Below are positions 26,343-39,158 of a stretch of 64,000 nucleotides of DNA, piece after piece. Positions within the stretch are counted from its first letter, which is position 1. Each line of letters begins with the position of its first letter. Below the pieces are notes generated by a model. That model did no database searches and had not been told where the DNA came from. It saw only the letters and a list, made by a program, of their open reading frames with translations. The DNA comes from Nitrospirota bacterium (GTDB taxonomy: Bacteria > Nitrospirota > UBA9217). Where the stretch lies: contig JBAZLV010000004.1 of NCBI GenBank assembly GCA_041650055.1, positions 33,675-97,674 of the forward strand, given 5' to 3'. Both the position numbers and the translations under genes were made by a program.

Positions 26343-28724
26343 TTAATCCATAGTAAGAGCGGTTTTTGCATGTTGCAAAGGCATAAACATCGCCTCCTGA
26401 TTTCCCGACTTGCCGTATATCCTCCGGTATTCACCGTAATTCCTGAGTATTTTTTTCACATAGCCGCGTGTTTCAGAAAAAGGAATAGATTCCACAAACA
26501 CATCCCAATCCGTAATCGGTTCGTTTTTCTTGATCCATCCGGCAACTGCCTCAGGTCCCGCATTGTATGCAGCAGCTGCAAAAAAAACATTACCATTGAA
26601 CCGTTTCAAAAGCGAGCTCATATACCACGATCCGATATTAATTCCTACATCAGGGTCGAACAGCTTGCCTCTATCAAAACTCTTGAGGTTGATGGTTTTC
26701 GCAACCTGAACACCGGTCGATGGCATGACCTGCATGATCCCCCGTGCTCCTGCAGGAGAAAGCGCAGCTGCATTAAACTGGCTTTCCTCCCGAATAATGG
26801 CTGCAATGAAATAGGGGTCCAGGTGGTACTGTCTGGAATAGGAGGCAATGGAATCCCAATATGCCTGGGGATAGGCAAGATACCAGAGATCATCGGGCAC
26901 ATTTTTTCTTGGAGCCTCAAGATACCGGTCATAATGTCGGAGAACTAACACATGGGAACGGTAATAATCCCCCAGCTCAAAAAAGGCTTTGCTCAATCCG
27001 ATGAGCATTCCTCGTTTTCCCTGAAGTTTTCCCTGAAGCAGGGCAAGCTCGGACGCAGCTTCTTTTTTCATGTTAAGATGCATAAGCTCAAGAATTTTTT
27101 TAAACAACGGCTCTTCGGTCAATAATTTTCTGGTTTCTTCGGTCCAGGCAGGGGGGATATCGTCCGTTTGATAAGAATACAAAGGATCATCAGGACAGCT
27201 GCTGTCAACACACAATGCCGGCTCCAGAACCTCTTTTACTGAAACCGTTTTACTTTGTACTGTCTGAAGAGCAGCAATACGCTCCTGTGCCCGATATCCG
27301 TAATAGGTATAAGTCCCTCGTTTCAATACATGCTGATAGTATGCTCGTGCACCAGAAACATTTCCCTGCTTTTCAGCTATTTTCCCCTGCCAGTAACGTG
27401 CCTGATTAACCAGAAAGGAATGAGGATAGGAGGCAACCAGTTCTTGCAGTATCCGCTCGGCTTTTTTATAATCTTCTATTGCATAATATCTCCAAGCTTG
27501 CCACCATAACGCGCTGTCGGCAAACCTGCTTTCCGGATACTCTTGTGCGAGCCGGTTATAGGCAGCCAGCGATTCGTTCCATTCTCCCGTTTCCCGGTAA
27601 ATATTCCCAGTCAAAAAAAGCGCGTCATCAGCCCATTCACTGTCAGGATAGTTTTCAAGAAGTTCGGAAAAGCGTTCGATTCCCGCTGTCCATTCTCCTC
27701 GTTTACTATATGATCTCCCGATCCAATATAATGCTTCTGGAACTCGTGGATCGGAAGGGTTTCTTCGAATCATCGACTCGAGAAGTGAGGCGGCTTCTTT
27801 CCTTTTTCCGATATGAAACGAAGCAATACCCGTACGGAAAAGAACCTCATTTCGGAAAGAAAATCCGGGATCACGATCAAGAAGCTGGTTTAATGTTTCA
27901 ATGGCTTTCCCATATTGCTGTAAGCGATAAAGAGTCTTCCCCCGTTCAAACAGCTCTTCAGAACTGGCTTCCGGAATTTTCCACCCCTCGGCTTGAAATC
28001 GGGCGAGTTCCTGGTCAACCTCCTGATCAACGCCATTTCCCGGATATGCGGTCCACACGTGTCGATATACTTCTACTGCCTCGGGAATTCTCTCTTGCTG
28101 TATCAGGCATCGTGCGAAGCGTAAGCCGGCCTCGGGAGCTAAATCGGAACGAGGGTGATCATGCAGAAACTTTTTGAAAATCGTTCCCGATTCTTCATAC
28201 TTACTCATTTCAAAAAGCGCCTTCCCTCTCTGAAATGCCGCAGGGGTTACCAGAGAACTTTTGGGATAATCATGAATGAGCTGGCGGTACCCTGCTTCTG
28301 CATCCGCATACCGCTGATTTGAAAACTGATAGTCAGCGAACAGAAACATCGCATAGTCTGCAAGCAGCCGATATTCACTCGTGACCTGAAGCATGGCAGC
28401 CTTTGCTTCTTCTTGCATGTCCATCTTGATCCGGACTTTTTCAGTCAGAAACAATGCCCGCCGGGCCCAAGGCGTATCCGGATATTCATGCATGATCTGC
28501 GACAGGAAAGGAAGAGCCTCTGCCGGATGATTTGATTCATAGGCGTCGATCGCACTCTTGAGCAAATAGGAGGGAGAGGACGAAGAACTGTTTTTTTCAG
28601 TAAATGATGATAAAAATGGCGTCAAAGAATCTGAAGATTTTTTAAGAGCGGTAGTATGCTCTTCTCCGCAGGACCATGCGAGAAAAAGAGCACAGAAGAA
28701 TATCAACAGTTGCATGATTCGCAT
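26343..28724 (-). CDS. Soluble lytic murein transglycosylase (N-terminal TPR/superhelical domain plus C-terminal SLT domain).
   Basis: C-terminal 'AAIIREESQFNAAALSPAGARGIMQVMPSTG' (SLT catalytic-Glu motif). Signal peptide from MRIMQLLIFF. Confidence 0.8.
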   Translation of the reverse strand: MRIMQLLIFFCALFLAWSCGEEHTTALKKSSDSLTPFLSSFTEKNSSSSSPSYLLKSAIDAYESNHPAEALPFLSQIMHEYPDTPWARRALFLTEKVRIKMDMQEEAKAAMLQVTSEYRLLADYAMFLFADYQFSNQRYADAEAGYRQLIHDYPKSSLVTPAAFQRGKALFEMSKYEESGTIFKKFLHDHPRSDLAPEAGLRFARCLIQQERIPEAVEVYRHVWTAYPGNGVDQEVDQELARFQAEGWKIPEASSEELFERGKTLYRLQQYGKAIETLNQLLDRDPGFSFRNEVLFRTGIASFHIGKRKEAASLLESMIRRNPSDPRVPEALYWIGRSYSKRGEWTAGIERFSELLENYPDSEWADDALFLTGNIYRETGEWNESLAAYNRLAQEYPESRFADSALWWQAWRYYAIEDYKKAERILQELVASYPHSFLVNQARYWQGKIAEKQGNVSGARAYYQHVLKRGTYTYYGYRAQERIAALQTVQSKTVSVKEVLEPALCVDSSCPDDPLYSYQTDDIPPAWTEETRKLLTEEPLFKKILELMHLNMKKEAASELALLQGKLQGKRGMLIGLSKAFFELGDYYRSHVLVLRHYDRYLEAPRKNVPDDLWYLAYPQAYWDSIASYSRQYHLDPYFIAAIIREESQFNAAALSPAGARGIMQVMPSTGVQVAKTINLKSFDRGKLFDPDVGINIGSWYMSSLLKRFNGNVFFAAAAYNAGPEAVAGWIKKNEPITDWDVFVESIPFSETRGYVKKILRNYGEYRRIYGKSGNQEAMFMPLQHAKTALTMD

Positions 28725-28823
28725 AGATGGGGAATTCTCTCCTCGGTTACTATCATATAGCCGCTTCGCGTTTGTGTCAATAGAAGTGTAGAATGAAAAG
28801 AATAAGATCGGAAAGTAAAGACT

Positions 28824-28863
28824 CAATAAAAATGCCGTCACATTTTAATAACGTGACGGCATT
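28824..28863 (-). terminator. Rho-independent terminator downstream of secF.
   Basis: ATGCCGTCAC-loop-GTGACGGCAT. On the minus strand it is followed by TTTTTATTG. Confidence 0.5.
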
Positions 28864-28883
28864 ATCAGAAAACACGAGATGCT

Positions 28884-29792
28884 TTATTTGGTAATCAATC
28901 TTCCTCCGGTTTTGCTATGCCATACTACGAGGAGCGGACTTGCAACAAAAACGGAAGAATACGTTCCGATGATCACACCCATAAGAAGTGCCAGCGAGAA
29001 GTAATGAAGCACTTCCCCGCCAAATAAAACGAGCGCGACAAGCACCAGCGCAACGGTAAGGGTAGTGATAACCGTCCGAGACAGCACCTCATTGATGCTT
29101 TGATTTACCAGTTTGGGAAGTGGTTCCCGCCTGTTTTGTTTCAGATTCTCCCGAATACGGTCGAAAATCACGACCGTGTCTGTAAGCGAATACCCTGCCA
29201 AGGTAAGCAGCGCAGTGATAATGAGCAAATTGATTTCATAATTCAGAATATAAAAAATTCCGAGCACCGCAAGCACGTCATGCATGGTAGCCATGGCAGC
29301 AGCAACACCGAACTTGAATTCGAAACGGAAGGCAATATAGAGAATAATTGCCAGGATCGAGACGGTAATGGCAACCAGCGCATCGCGCTGAAGCGATTTC
29401 CCGATAACCGGTCCGATTTCTTCAATGCTGACCACTTCAAAGGGATTATTCGGAAACTCCTTGGTAAACATTGACTGGATTTTTTCGGATGTTCCCTCGG
29501 ATTCACGCACTTTAATCAGTATCCTTTTCCCGTCTTCTCCTACCTGCTGGACACTCGCACCAGGAAAACCATTTTTTTCCAGAAGAGTGCGTGCAGTATC
29601 AAGAGGAACATTTTGCTGAAAGCCGAGTTGTACGGTTGTTCCTCCGACAAAATCGATCCCCAGGTTCGCTTTCCCCCTTCCGATCTGGATCAGACAAAGA
29701 ATCCCCAGGAGAATAAAGAAGCCTGAAATAGCAAACGAGATATTTTTCTGTCCCATAAAGTCTATTTTTGTTTTATGCAAAATTTGCAGCAT
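28884..29792 (-). CDS. secF: Protein translocase subunit SecF.
   Basis: SecF topology and conserved 'LGIDFVGGT'. Confidence 0.9.
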   Translation of the reverse strand: MLQILHKTKIDFMGQKNISFAISGFFILLGILCLIQIGRGKANLGIDFVGGTTVQLGFQQNVPLDTARTLLEKNGFPGASVQQVGEDGKRILIKVRESEGTSEKIQSMFTKEFPNNPFEVVSIEEIGPVIGKSLQRDALVAITVSILAIILYIAFRFEFKFGVAAAMATMHDVLAVLGIFYILNYEINLLIITALLTLAGYSLTDTVVIFDRIRENLKQNRREPLPKLVNQSINEVLSRTVITTLTVALVLVALVLFGGEVLHYFSLALLMGVIIGTYSSVFVASPLLVVWHSKTGGRLITK

Positions 29793-29835
29793 GTGACCCT
29801 CCAAAATCTTGGTCTTCTTTTAATTTCAGAATTGT

Positions 29836-31404
29836 CTAAATGCTCAGTTTATCCAGCTTCCACCGGGTATTGATAATATCGAAAAGCACTTTCGTTCCAA
29901 CGAGTGCGGAATACAGATTGATCAGAATACCGAGGCTGAGAGTAACCGCAAAACCTTTAATTGGCCCGGTACCGAACATAAACAAGACAACAGCGGTAAT
30001 GAGCGTTGTAACGTGTGAATCGAGAATCGTCAGGAATGCCTTGTCATATCCGGCATCCACTGCAGGCCTTGGCTGCTTCCCAGCACGGACTTCTTCGCGA
30101 ATGCGCTCGAACATCAGCACATTCGAATCCACGCCCATACCGATGGTAAGAATGATTCCGGCAATACCCGGCAGGGTCAACGTCGCACTCATAAGCGCCA
30201 TCGCACCGAGCAGCAGCACGAGATTCAGGACAACCGCATAATCGGCAATCAGACCGGACATGCGATAATAGAAAACCATGAACACCAGGACAAACAGACC
30301 GCCGATCAATGCTGCCCGAGTACCCATGGTGATAGAATCCTGGCCGAGCGATGGGCCGACGGTTACATTCTGGATGATCTTGACCGGCGCAGGAAGCGAT
30401 TCACGAAGCACGATGGCAAGTTTTGCAGCTTCGTCATGCGTAAAATGTCCCGTAATCTGGGCGCTTCCGCCGCTGATCCGGTCTTGAATTCGTGGAGCGG
30501 AATGCACCGCGCCATCAAGCACGATGGCGAGAAGCTTCCCGATATTGTCGGCAGTAATCCGGTCGAATATCTTAGCTCCTTCAGTGTCGAAATTGATCGA
30601 TATTGCCGGCTTGTTGAACTGATCGATACCGACCTTCGCTTCTTTAAGACGATCACCGGTCAGGAGTGTTTTTGAAAAAACAAGGATTGGTTGTTTCGAT
30701 ATTTTTCCGGATTCGTTTTCCCGCTCTTCATACAGGAGTTCGGTTCCTTCCGGCGCCTTGCCTTGCAATGCCTGTTGGAGATGCGCGGGATCCGTATCAA
30801 CCAGCTTGAATTCAAGCCTGCCGGCAGTCCGGATAAAACTGATTGCTTCCTGCGGATTCTTGACGCCGGGAAGCTGAAGCGCGATCTGATCCTGCTCTTG
30901 CTTGTAAATCGCGGGTTCGGCCACCCCGTATTTATCGATGCGCCTTCGGGTTCGTTCAAGCGCTTGGGTAACCGCGGATTCCTTGATTCTTCTCACTTCC
31001 ACAGGCTTCAGGCTATACACTAATTCCCTGCGGTTCCTGGTTTTGAGATCAAGGATTCCATAATTGTCTTTTACAAATTTTTCTGCTCGTTCTTCGAGTT
31101 GGTCTCCGAATTTAGCGGAAATAGTCTGACCTGCCCGATTAAACACAACTGCAAGCTGCTGTGATACGGCAGTTGCCTGGAGATCGGCAACAATGTTATC
31201 AACCGATGATTCCACTGCCTTGTCCGTCTCCACCTGCATCACGATATGACTTCCTCCCCGCAGATCCAGTCCCAGGGAAATCTTCGGAACGCTTTGTTGC
31301 CACCACTCGGGGAGCGTGTTTACGAGCGAGGGCAGAAAGAGAAATACGGCGATCGCTATGGAAAGAACGATAAGCGCCAGTCTCCATCGAATGCTCTTTT
31401 TCAT
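29836..31404 (-). CDS. secD: Protein translocase subunit SecD.
   Basis: 'LGLDLRGGSHIVMQV' and the C-terminal six-TM SecD core. Confidence 0.9.
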   Translation of the reverse strand: MKKSIRWRLALIVLSIAIAVFLFLPSLVNTLPEWWQQSVPKISLGLDLRGGSHIVMQVETDKAVESSVDNIVADLQATAVSQQLAVVFNRAGQTISAKFGDQLEERAEKFVKDNYGILDLKTRNRRELVYSLKPVEVRRIKESAVTQALERTRRRIDKYGVAEPAIYKQEQDQIALQLPGVKNPQEAISFIRTAGRLEFKLVDTDPAHLQQALQGKAPEGTELLYEERENESGKISKQPILVFSKTLLTGDRLKEAKVGIDQFNKPAISINFDTEGAKIFDRITADNIGKLLAIVLDGAVHSAPRIQDRISGGSAQITGHFTHDEAAKLAIVLRESLPAPVKIIQNVTVGPSLGQDSITMGTRAALIGGLFVLVFMVFYYRMSGLIADYAVVLNLVLLLGAMALMSATLTLPGIAGIILTIGMGVDSNVLMFERIREEVRAGKQPRPAVDAGYDKAFLTILDSHVTTLITAVVLFMFGTGPIKGFAVTLSLGILINLYSALVGTKVLFDIINTRWKLDKLSI

Positions 31405-31503
31405 ATACTAGCCTCCTGCTATAATGCTGTTACTCTTCCTAGAGAGTAGCTTCAGAAAAAAATTCCTTACAACACGTCTGATTTCTTTCCTGCTGAAATA
31501 TGC

Positions 31504-31836
31504 TTACTCTTTTTCTTCTTCGCCGGTCACCACCGTGCTGACCGAACTGCGGGTAACCTTTACCTTGACCCCTTCAGCAATTTTAATTGTAAGGGTTGAG
31601 GGAGTGGTGTTCTCAACGGTGCCGTACATTCCGCCTGCGGTAACAACCCGGTCACCCTTTTTAAGATCTTCCACCATCTTGCGGTGCTCTTTCATTTTTT
31701 TCTGCTGCGGTCTGATCATCAGGAAATAGAAAATGGCAAAAATGACGGCCATAAAAATGAGGCTGGACATGCCGCTTCCGCCCTGCGCCGCCTCTCCGCC
31801 TTGTGCACCCATTGCATATGCTGTTTCAATAAACAT
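31504..31836 (-). CDS. yajC: Preprotein translocase subunit YajC.
   Basis: 110 aa, single TM, 'KKGDRVVTAGGMYGTV' YajC motif. Confidence 0.85.
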   Translation of the reverse strand: MFIETAYAMGAQGGEAAQGGSGMSSLIFMAVIFAIFYFLMIRPQQKKMKEHRKMVEDLKKGDRVVTAGGMYGTVENTTPSTLTIKIAEGVKVKVTRSSVSTVVTGEEEKE

Positions 31837-31884
31837 TGCTTCCCTCCCTTGTCATTATCTATAAAATTTTTTAATCAAGTCGCA

Positions 31885-34702
<2,818 letters not shown>

Positions 34703-34830
34703 GAAAAATAAGCACTTTCTGTCCGATTTGTGAGTGTGAAAGTATATCGCATCTTCGAAAAAAGTCAATAAAATAATCCCTTTACTTGATTCTTTTGGTG
34801 TGGTATTCTTCGAATAATGAGGGAAAGAGC

Positions 34831-35286
34831 ATGTGGATTCAGATGAATGTCAATACGATTCTTTTTGACAGCAAAAACAACAGTTACATTGTCGTTCTCA
34901 AAGATGATTCCGGAAAAAAAATTCTTCCCATCTGGGTGGGGGCAGCTGAAGGAAATTCGATCGCCATGGCAATGAGCAACGTCAAGGCCTCCCGTCCTTT
35001 CACGCATGATCTTATGGTCACCATATTCGACCGGCTGGATATCGAGATTGCCCGAGTGGTGATCAGCGACCTCATTGACAATACCTTCTACGCTTCACTG
35101 TACCTGCTGCACAACAGTAGCGAATTCCACATCGATGCACGCCCGAGTGATGCGATTGCGCTTGCCATCCGTATTGGCGCTCCCGTCTTTGTTGAAGAAG
35201 ACGTTATCACCAAGCAGGATTCTTCAATTATCGATACGTGGATGAAAAATATGGGTGAAAGCGGCGGAACAGAATATAATGCGTAA
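34831..35286 (+). CDS. Bifunctional nuclease family protein (DUF151/BFN).
   Basis: 'ILPIWVGAAEGNSIAMAM...THDLMVTIFDRLD...DARPSDAIALAIRIGAPVFVEE' matches the BFN-domain pattern. Confidence 0.7.
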   Translation: MWIQMNVNTILFDSKNNSYIVVLKDDSGKKILPIWVGAAEGNSIAMAMSNVKASRPFTHDLMVTIFDRLDIEIARVVISDLIDNTFYASLYLLHNSSEFHIDARPSDAIALAIRIGAPVFVEEDVITKQDSSIIDTWMKNMGESGGTEYNA

Positions 35287-35382
35287 TTAAAAAAATTCCA
35301 AAGTTCAAATCCCAAATTTCAAACCTGCTTGGTTCCTGATTATTTATTTGTCATTTGTTTTTTGAAATTTGACATTGCATAT
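35287..35382. repeat. AT-rich spacer element with an 11-bp perfect inverted repeat (CAAATTTCAAA / TTTGAAATTTG).
   Basis: Shares the 'CAAAGTTCAAAT' motif with spacers at 20198, 59953 and 62702. Confidence 0.35.
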
Positions 35383-35982
35383 TCAAATTCCCCACCTCGG
35401 TGCTAGATCATTCTCAATTCCCATGGCGTTCAAGACTCTTCCCACCACAAAATCAACGAGCTGCGACACTTCCTGCGGATGATGATAAAACGCAGGCATG
35501 GCAGGAATAATCTGGCAGCCCAACTCTGCAAGCTTCAACATATTCCTGAGATGAATTGCGGAAACCGGTGTTTCTCGCGGAACAAGAAAGAGGTTTCGTT
35601 TCTCTTTGATCGTCACATCCGCAGCGCGTTCAATGAGGTTGGATGCAAAACCATGTGCGATAGAGGCCAAGGTTTTCATGGTGCACGGAATAACAACCAT
35701 AGCATCCACTTTGATCGATCCGCTACCGATAGGCGAATACATATTATCCTCACTAAAAAAAAGAACCTGGCCTTCTTTTGATCCAAAGTATTTTTGCAAT
35801 CCATATTGAATATCGGTTTCCGATCCTTTCAGATGCAAATTTGTCTCATCGTTCAGAATGGAAATTCCTTCCTGCGAAATACAGACATAGAGCGAATGGC
35901 CCGCTTCAATTAACACGCGGAGAAGCCGTTCTCCATAGACAGCTCCGGAAGCACCGGTTATTGCTATGGTATATGTTGCCAT
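35383..35982 (-). CDS. ubiX: Flavin prenyltransferase UbiX.
   Basis: 'IAITGASGAVYGERLL' flavoprotein motif. 199 aa. Confidence 0.85.
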   Translation of the reverse strand: MATYTIAITGASGAVYGERLLRVLIEAGHSLYVCISQEGISILNDETNLHLKGSETDIQYGLQKYFGSKEGQVLFFSEDNMYSPIGSGSIKVDAMVVIPCTMKTLASIAHGFASNLIERAADVTIKEKRNLFLVPRETPVSAIHLRNMLKLAELGCQIIPAMPAFYHHPQEVSQLVDFVVGRVLNAMGIENDLAPRWGI

Positions 35983-36020
35983 ACGTTTTCCTCCCTTGAC
36001 GGTAGCAAGAATCCTTTCAT

Positions 36021-37292
36021 TTATGATGAATGATTCGTGGTTGGACGGCTGATTCTAAGCATAAGAATCAGGACGGTTGCTAAAAAAGCAACTCCTGATC
36101 CCATAATAAATGCTGTAGCAGTTCCATACATTTGCCAGACCAGACCGAATAAAAGTGATGCAGGAAGCGCTCCGACACCAATAACCAGGTGATACAAACC
36201 GAATGCCGATCCCCGCACATGAGCGGGAATAAAGTCTGCTACCAGCGCCTTTTCCACTCCCTCAGTCAATCCGAAATATATGCCATAGACAGCGAAAAGC
36301 GCCCATGCCTGCCATTGAGCATCAGCAAAGGCAAAACCCATATACACAAACGCATACACGATCCACCCGGAAACAATCACTTTTTTTCTTCCAATGCGAT
36401 CCGATACAATACCACCAGGAATGGAGACTCCCATCTTCACAATATGCAGAACAACCCAGATGGTGGGAAGCAGCGCAACCGGCACTCCCAGATGCTGAGC
36501 GCGCAGCAAAAGAAATGCGTCTGTAGAATTTCCGAGCGTAAACAGGAACAGGATGGCAAGATACTTTTTGAAGTTCGCAGGCATGCCTGTCCAGGCAGCG
36601 CGAATGTTAAGTGAATCCCTCGAGTGCGTATCCGGGTTTTTTAAGGACGTTTCCTTGAGACCAAACAGAAGGACAGCTACGGCAAGCCCTCCGGGAATAA
36701 AGGAAAGAAGAAAAACCGTGGTAAGATTTTCCTGTGTCGTGCCGCCGAGGAGCAGCAGAAGCCCGGTTGCAAGAAGCGGTCCCATGATTGCTCCGCCGTG
36801 ATCCATGGCACGATGAAAACCGTATGCCATGCCGCGTGATTCCGGAGCAGTTGAATCCGCAATCACGGCATCGCGTGGCGACGTGCGAATCCCTTTTCCC
36901 ACACGGTCGAAAAAACGAAGGACGAGTACCCCGAACCACGATGTTGCAAGCGCAATAAACGGCCTCACGATATTCGACGTAGAATATCCGGCAACGATCC
37001 ATGCCTTGCGCTGCCTGGCCCGGTCGGAAAGATAGCCTGAATAGAGTTTCATAAGGGAAGCGGTTGTTTCGGCTATTCCTTCGATAAGTCCGAGCGCAGC
37101 AGGTCCAGCCCCCAGAACAACTGCCAGAAACACAGGAAGCAGCGGATAGATCATCTCGGATGCCCCGTCGTTCAACAGGCTCACAAACCCGAGAATAACC
37201 ACATTACGCGACAATCCCCTGATTCCTATTTTGGGAACCGTTCCTTTTGTTTCTAGAGAATCAACAATTCCATTCCGGTCATGCATGGTCAT
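36021..37292 (-). CDS. MFS transporter.
   Basis: 12 TM segments. 'GYLSDRARQRK' MFS loop motif. Confidence 0.7.
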   Translation of the reverse strand: MTMHDRNGIVDSLETKGTVPKIGIRGLSRNVVILGFVSLLNDGASEMIYPLLPVFLAVVLGAGPAALGLIEGIAETTASLMKLYSGYLSDRARQRKAWIVAGYSTSNIVRPFIALATSWFGVLVLRFFDRVGKGIRTSPRDAVIADSTAPESRGMAYGFHRAMDHGGAIMGPLLATGLLLLLGGTTQENLTTVFLLSFIPGGLAVAVLLFGLKETSLKNPDTHSRDSLNIRAAWTGMPANFKKYLAILFLFTLGNSTDAFLLLRAQHLGVPVALLPTIWVVLHIVKMGVSIPGGIVSDRIGRKKVIVSGWIVYAFVYMGFAFADAQWQAWALFAVYGIYFGLTEGVEKALVADFIPAHVRGSAFGLYHLVIGVGALPASLLFGLVWQMYGTATAFIMGSGVAFLATVLILMLRISRPTTNHSS

Positions 37293-38314
37293 GGCAACGG
37301 AATCCTTTTCATCACCTCTTCAGGAGTTATAGCTTTCATGCACTGCATAGCATCACAGCTCCGTTGAAAACAGGGGGAACATTTGATCCCCATCCGAATA
37401 ACAATATGCCTTTCTCCGTATGGCCCTGTTCTCCAGGGCGCCGTCGGTCCGAAGAGCGCAACGACCGTCGCACCTGCAGCCGCCGCAAGGTGCATGGGCC
37501 CGGTATCGGTTGTGATAAACAAATCAGAACAGGATGCGAGAGCGGCCAATTCCTTCAAGGTGGTCTCACCTGCCCAGTCATGCGAATCCTGGGTCATGAG
37601 AGAACGAATATGGTTGATCTCCTGCTTGTCCTCATTGCTCCCGGTAAAAATAACGAGTGCACGTTTTTCAAGCACAAGCCTGTCTGCAAGTTGTGCGAAA
37701 TGTTCAGCCGGCCACAGCTTAGTCTTCCATCGGGCCATCGGGTTCAGAATAACGAGCGGACGATTATCCGGATTGATGGTCGCAATTCTCCGCCTGATGA
37801 CCGCCTGTTCCCGCTGTATAGGGAGCGTGCACAAAAAGGAAGGTTTCGGAGACCCAAGATATCGAGCAATATCCAGATACCGCTGCAGTGCATGTTTCTC
37901 AATGTCGTAGGCTGGCAGACGTTCATTCAGGAAAAGAGCAGAACCTTCCCGCGTTCCATTAAATCCGATTTTCCGTTCAGCACGGGCAAAACCAATTAAA
38001 ATCCCGCTTTTGAAAAGGCCCTGAAAATCAATGGCAATGTCATACCGTGTACTTCGGAGAATGCGAAAAAAACGGGTTATATGAGCAATACCCTGGGAAA
38101 AAGTGAATGGATTCTTAAGCATCCGAAGCCAGGTCTTCCGGCGAGAGATCAAAATCGTGTCGATACTTTGATGGCCTTCCAGAATCCCGGCTGCTGCTTC
38201 TTCGACAATCCAGGTAATACGGCTGGAAGGATAGATGATTTTTATCGCTTCAAGCGCAGGAAGGGTTTGTACCACATCGCCGATGGCGGAAAGCTTGACA
38301 ATGAGAATATTCAT
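37289..38314 (-). CDS. LPS heptosyltransferase (glycosyltransferase family 9).
   Basis: 'ILIVKLSAIGDVVQTLPALEAIK' N-terminus and C-terminal 'ITTDTGPMHLAAAAGATVVALFGPT'. Confidence 0.75.
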   Translation of the reverse strand: MNILIVKLSAIGDVVQTLPALEAIKIIYPSSRITWIVEEAAAGILEGHQSIDTILISRRKTWLRMLKNPFTFSQGIAHITRFFRILRSTRYDIAIDFQGLFKSGILIGFARAERKIGFNGTREGSALFLNERLPAYDIEKHALQRYLDIARYLGSPKPSFLCTLPIQREQAVIRRRIATINPDNRPLVILNPMARWKTKLWPAEHFAQLADRLVLEKRALVIFTGSNEDKQEINHIRSLMTQDSHDWAGETTLKELAALASCSDLFITTDTGPMHLAAAAGATVVALFGPTAPWRTGPYGERHIVIRMGIKCSPCFQRSCDAMQCMKAITPEEVMKRIPLP

Positions 38315-38362
38315 ATTACCGAATGATTTTATCTTAATCTATCTGACCAGACGAGTCAATCA

Positions 38363-38389
38363 GATTGTCAGGGTATGATTGTCAGGGTA
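38363..38389. repeat. Perfect 13-bp tandem direct repeat GATTGTCAGGGTA x2 (1-nt spacer) in a divergent promoter region.
   Basis: Read directly from the sequence. Overlaps the palindrome caatcAgattg. Candidate operator. Confidence 0.5.
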
Positions 38390-38530
38390 ATGTGGACTTT
38401 TTAGCTTGCATTTTCTCTTTATTTTGTTAAAATTTTTACAGATTTATTTTCTGCGCATCTATTCTTATACTCATGAACAAAATCATCCGGATTTTCGACA
38501 CATGTCTAATCGAGAGAGAGGAGACAAGTC

Positions 38531-39046
38531 ATGACCAGAAAGGTCAAAGCGAAAAAGAAACAAACCAAAAAAACAGCAGTCCGCACGGGAGCGAAGAAAC
38601 CTCCTAGAAAACCCGTAAAAAAGAAAGCCCTCAAAAAAACAACAAAAAAGAAACCTGCTAAAAAAGCGGCTAAAAAAGTCACTCGTAAAAAAACCGTAAC
38701 CCGGCCAGCCGAAAAAAAAACAGCTGCACCAAAATCTATCGCCGTTAAATCCGCTCTAGCCGCAGCCACCCACCAACCGGCTGAACCAGGGAGCCAGGAA
38801 GAGGCTGTTGGTACGGTAACGCATTATTACAGCCATTTGCAGGTCGCAGTAATCCAGCTGAACAAGGGCATGATCAGGGTTGGAGATACGATTCATATCA
38901 AAGGAACAACCTCGGATAGCACACAAATTGTGGAATCCATGGAATATGAGCATCAACCCCTCACGGAAGCGGTCGCCGGTCAAAGCGTCGGTCTTCGCGT
39001 GAAAGATATCGTGCGTGAACATGATATCGTCTATATTGTAAAGTAA
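38531..39046 (+). CDS. Histone H1-like lysine-rich DNA-binding protein with a C-terminal EF-Tu-domain-2-like beta-barrel.
   Basis: The N-terminal 85 aa are more than 40% K/A/P/T ('KKKPAKKAAKKVTRKK'). C-terminal 'GTVTHYYSHLQVAVIQLNKGMIRVGDTIHIKG...QSVGLRVKD' resembles the translation-factor beta-barrel. GAGAGGAGA RBS. Confidence 0.5.
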   Translation: MTRKVKAKKKQTKKTAVRTGAKKPPRKPVKKKALKKTTKKKPAKKAAKKVTRKKTVTRPAEKKTAAPKSIAVKSALAAATHQPAEPGSQEEAVGTVTHYYSHLQVAVIQLNKGMIRVGDTIHIKGTTSDSTQIVESMEYEHQPLTEAVAGQSVGLRVKDIVREHDIVYIVK

Positions 39047-39071
39047 GCGTCCCACTGTAGGAGAAAACAGT

Positions 39072-39103
39072 AACAGGCGCGGGCATACACTGCGCCTGTT
39101 TTC
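39072..39103 (+). terminator. Rho-independent terminator.
   Basis: ACAGGCGC-gggcatacact-GCGCCTGT followed by TTTT. Confidence 0.6.
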
Positions 39104-39158
39104 ATGTGAGCGCTTAAGCGATTTTCCTATCAGGTCAGGACCCTCATTCCAATTCATT

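Noticed and set aside
38550-38720. Highly repetitive 'aaaaaaac/aaaaag' tracts, considered as a repeat array or CRISPR-like region.
   Set aside because: The repeats are in-frame lysine/alanine codons of the histone-like protein. There are no regular spacer/repeat units.
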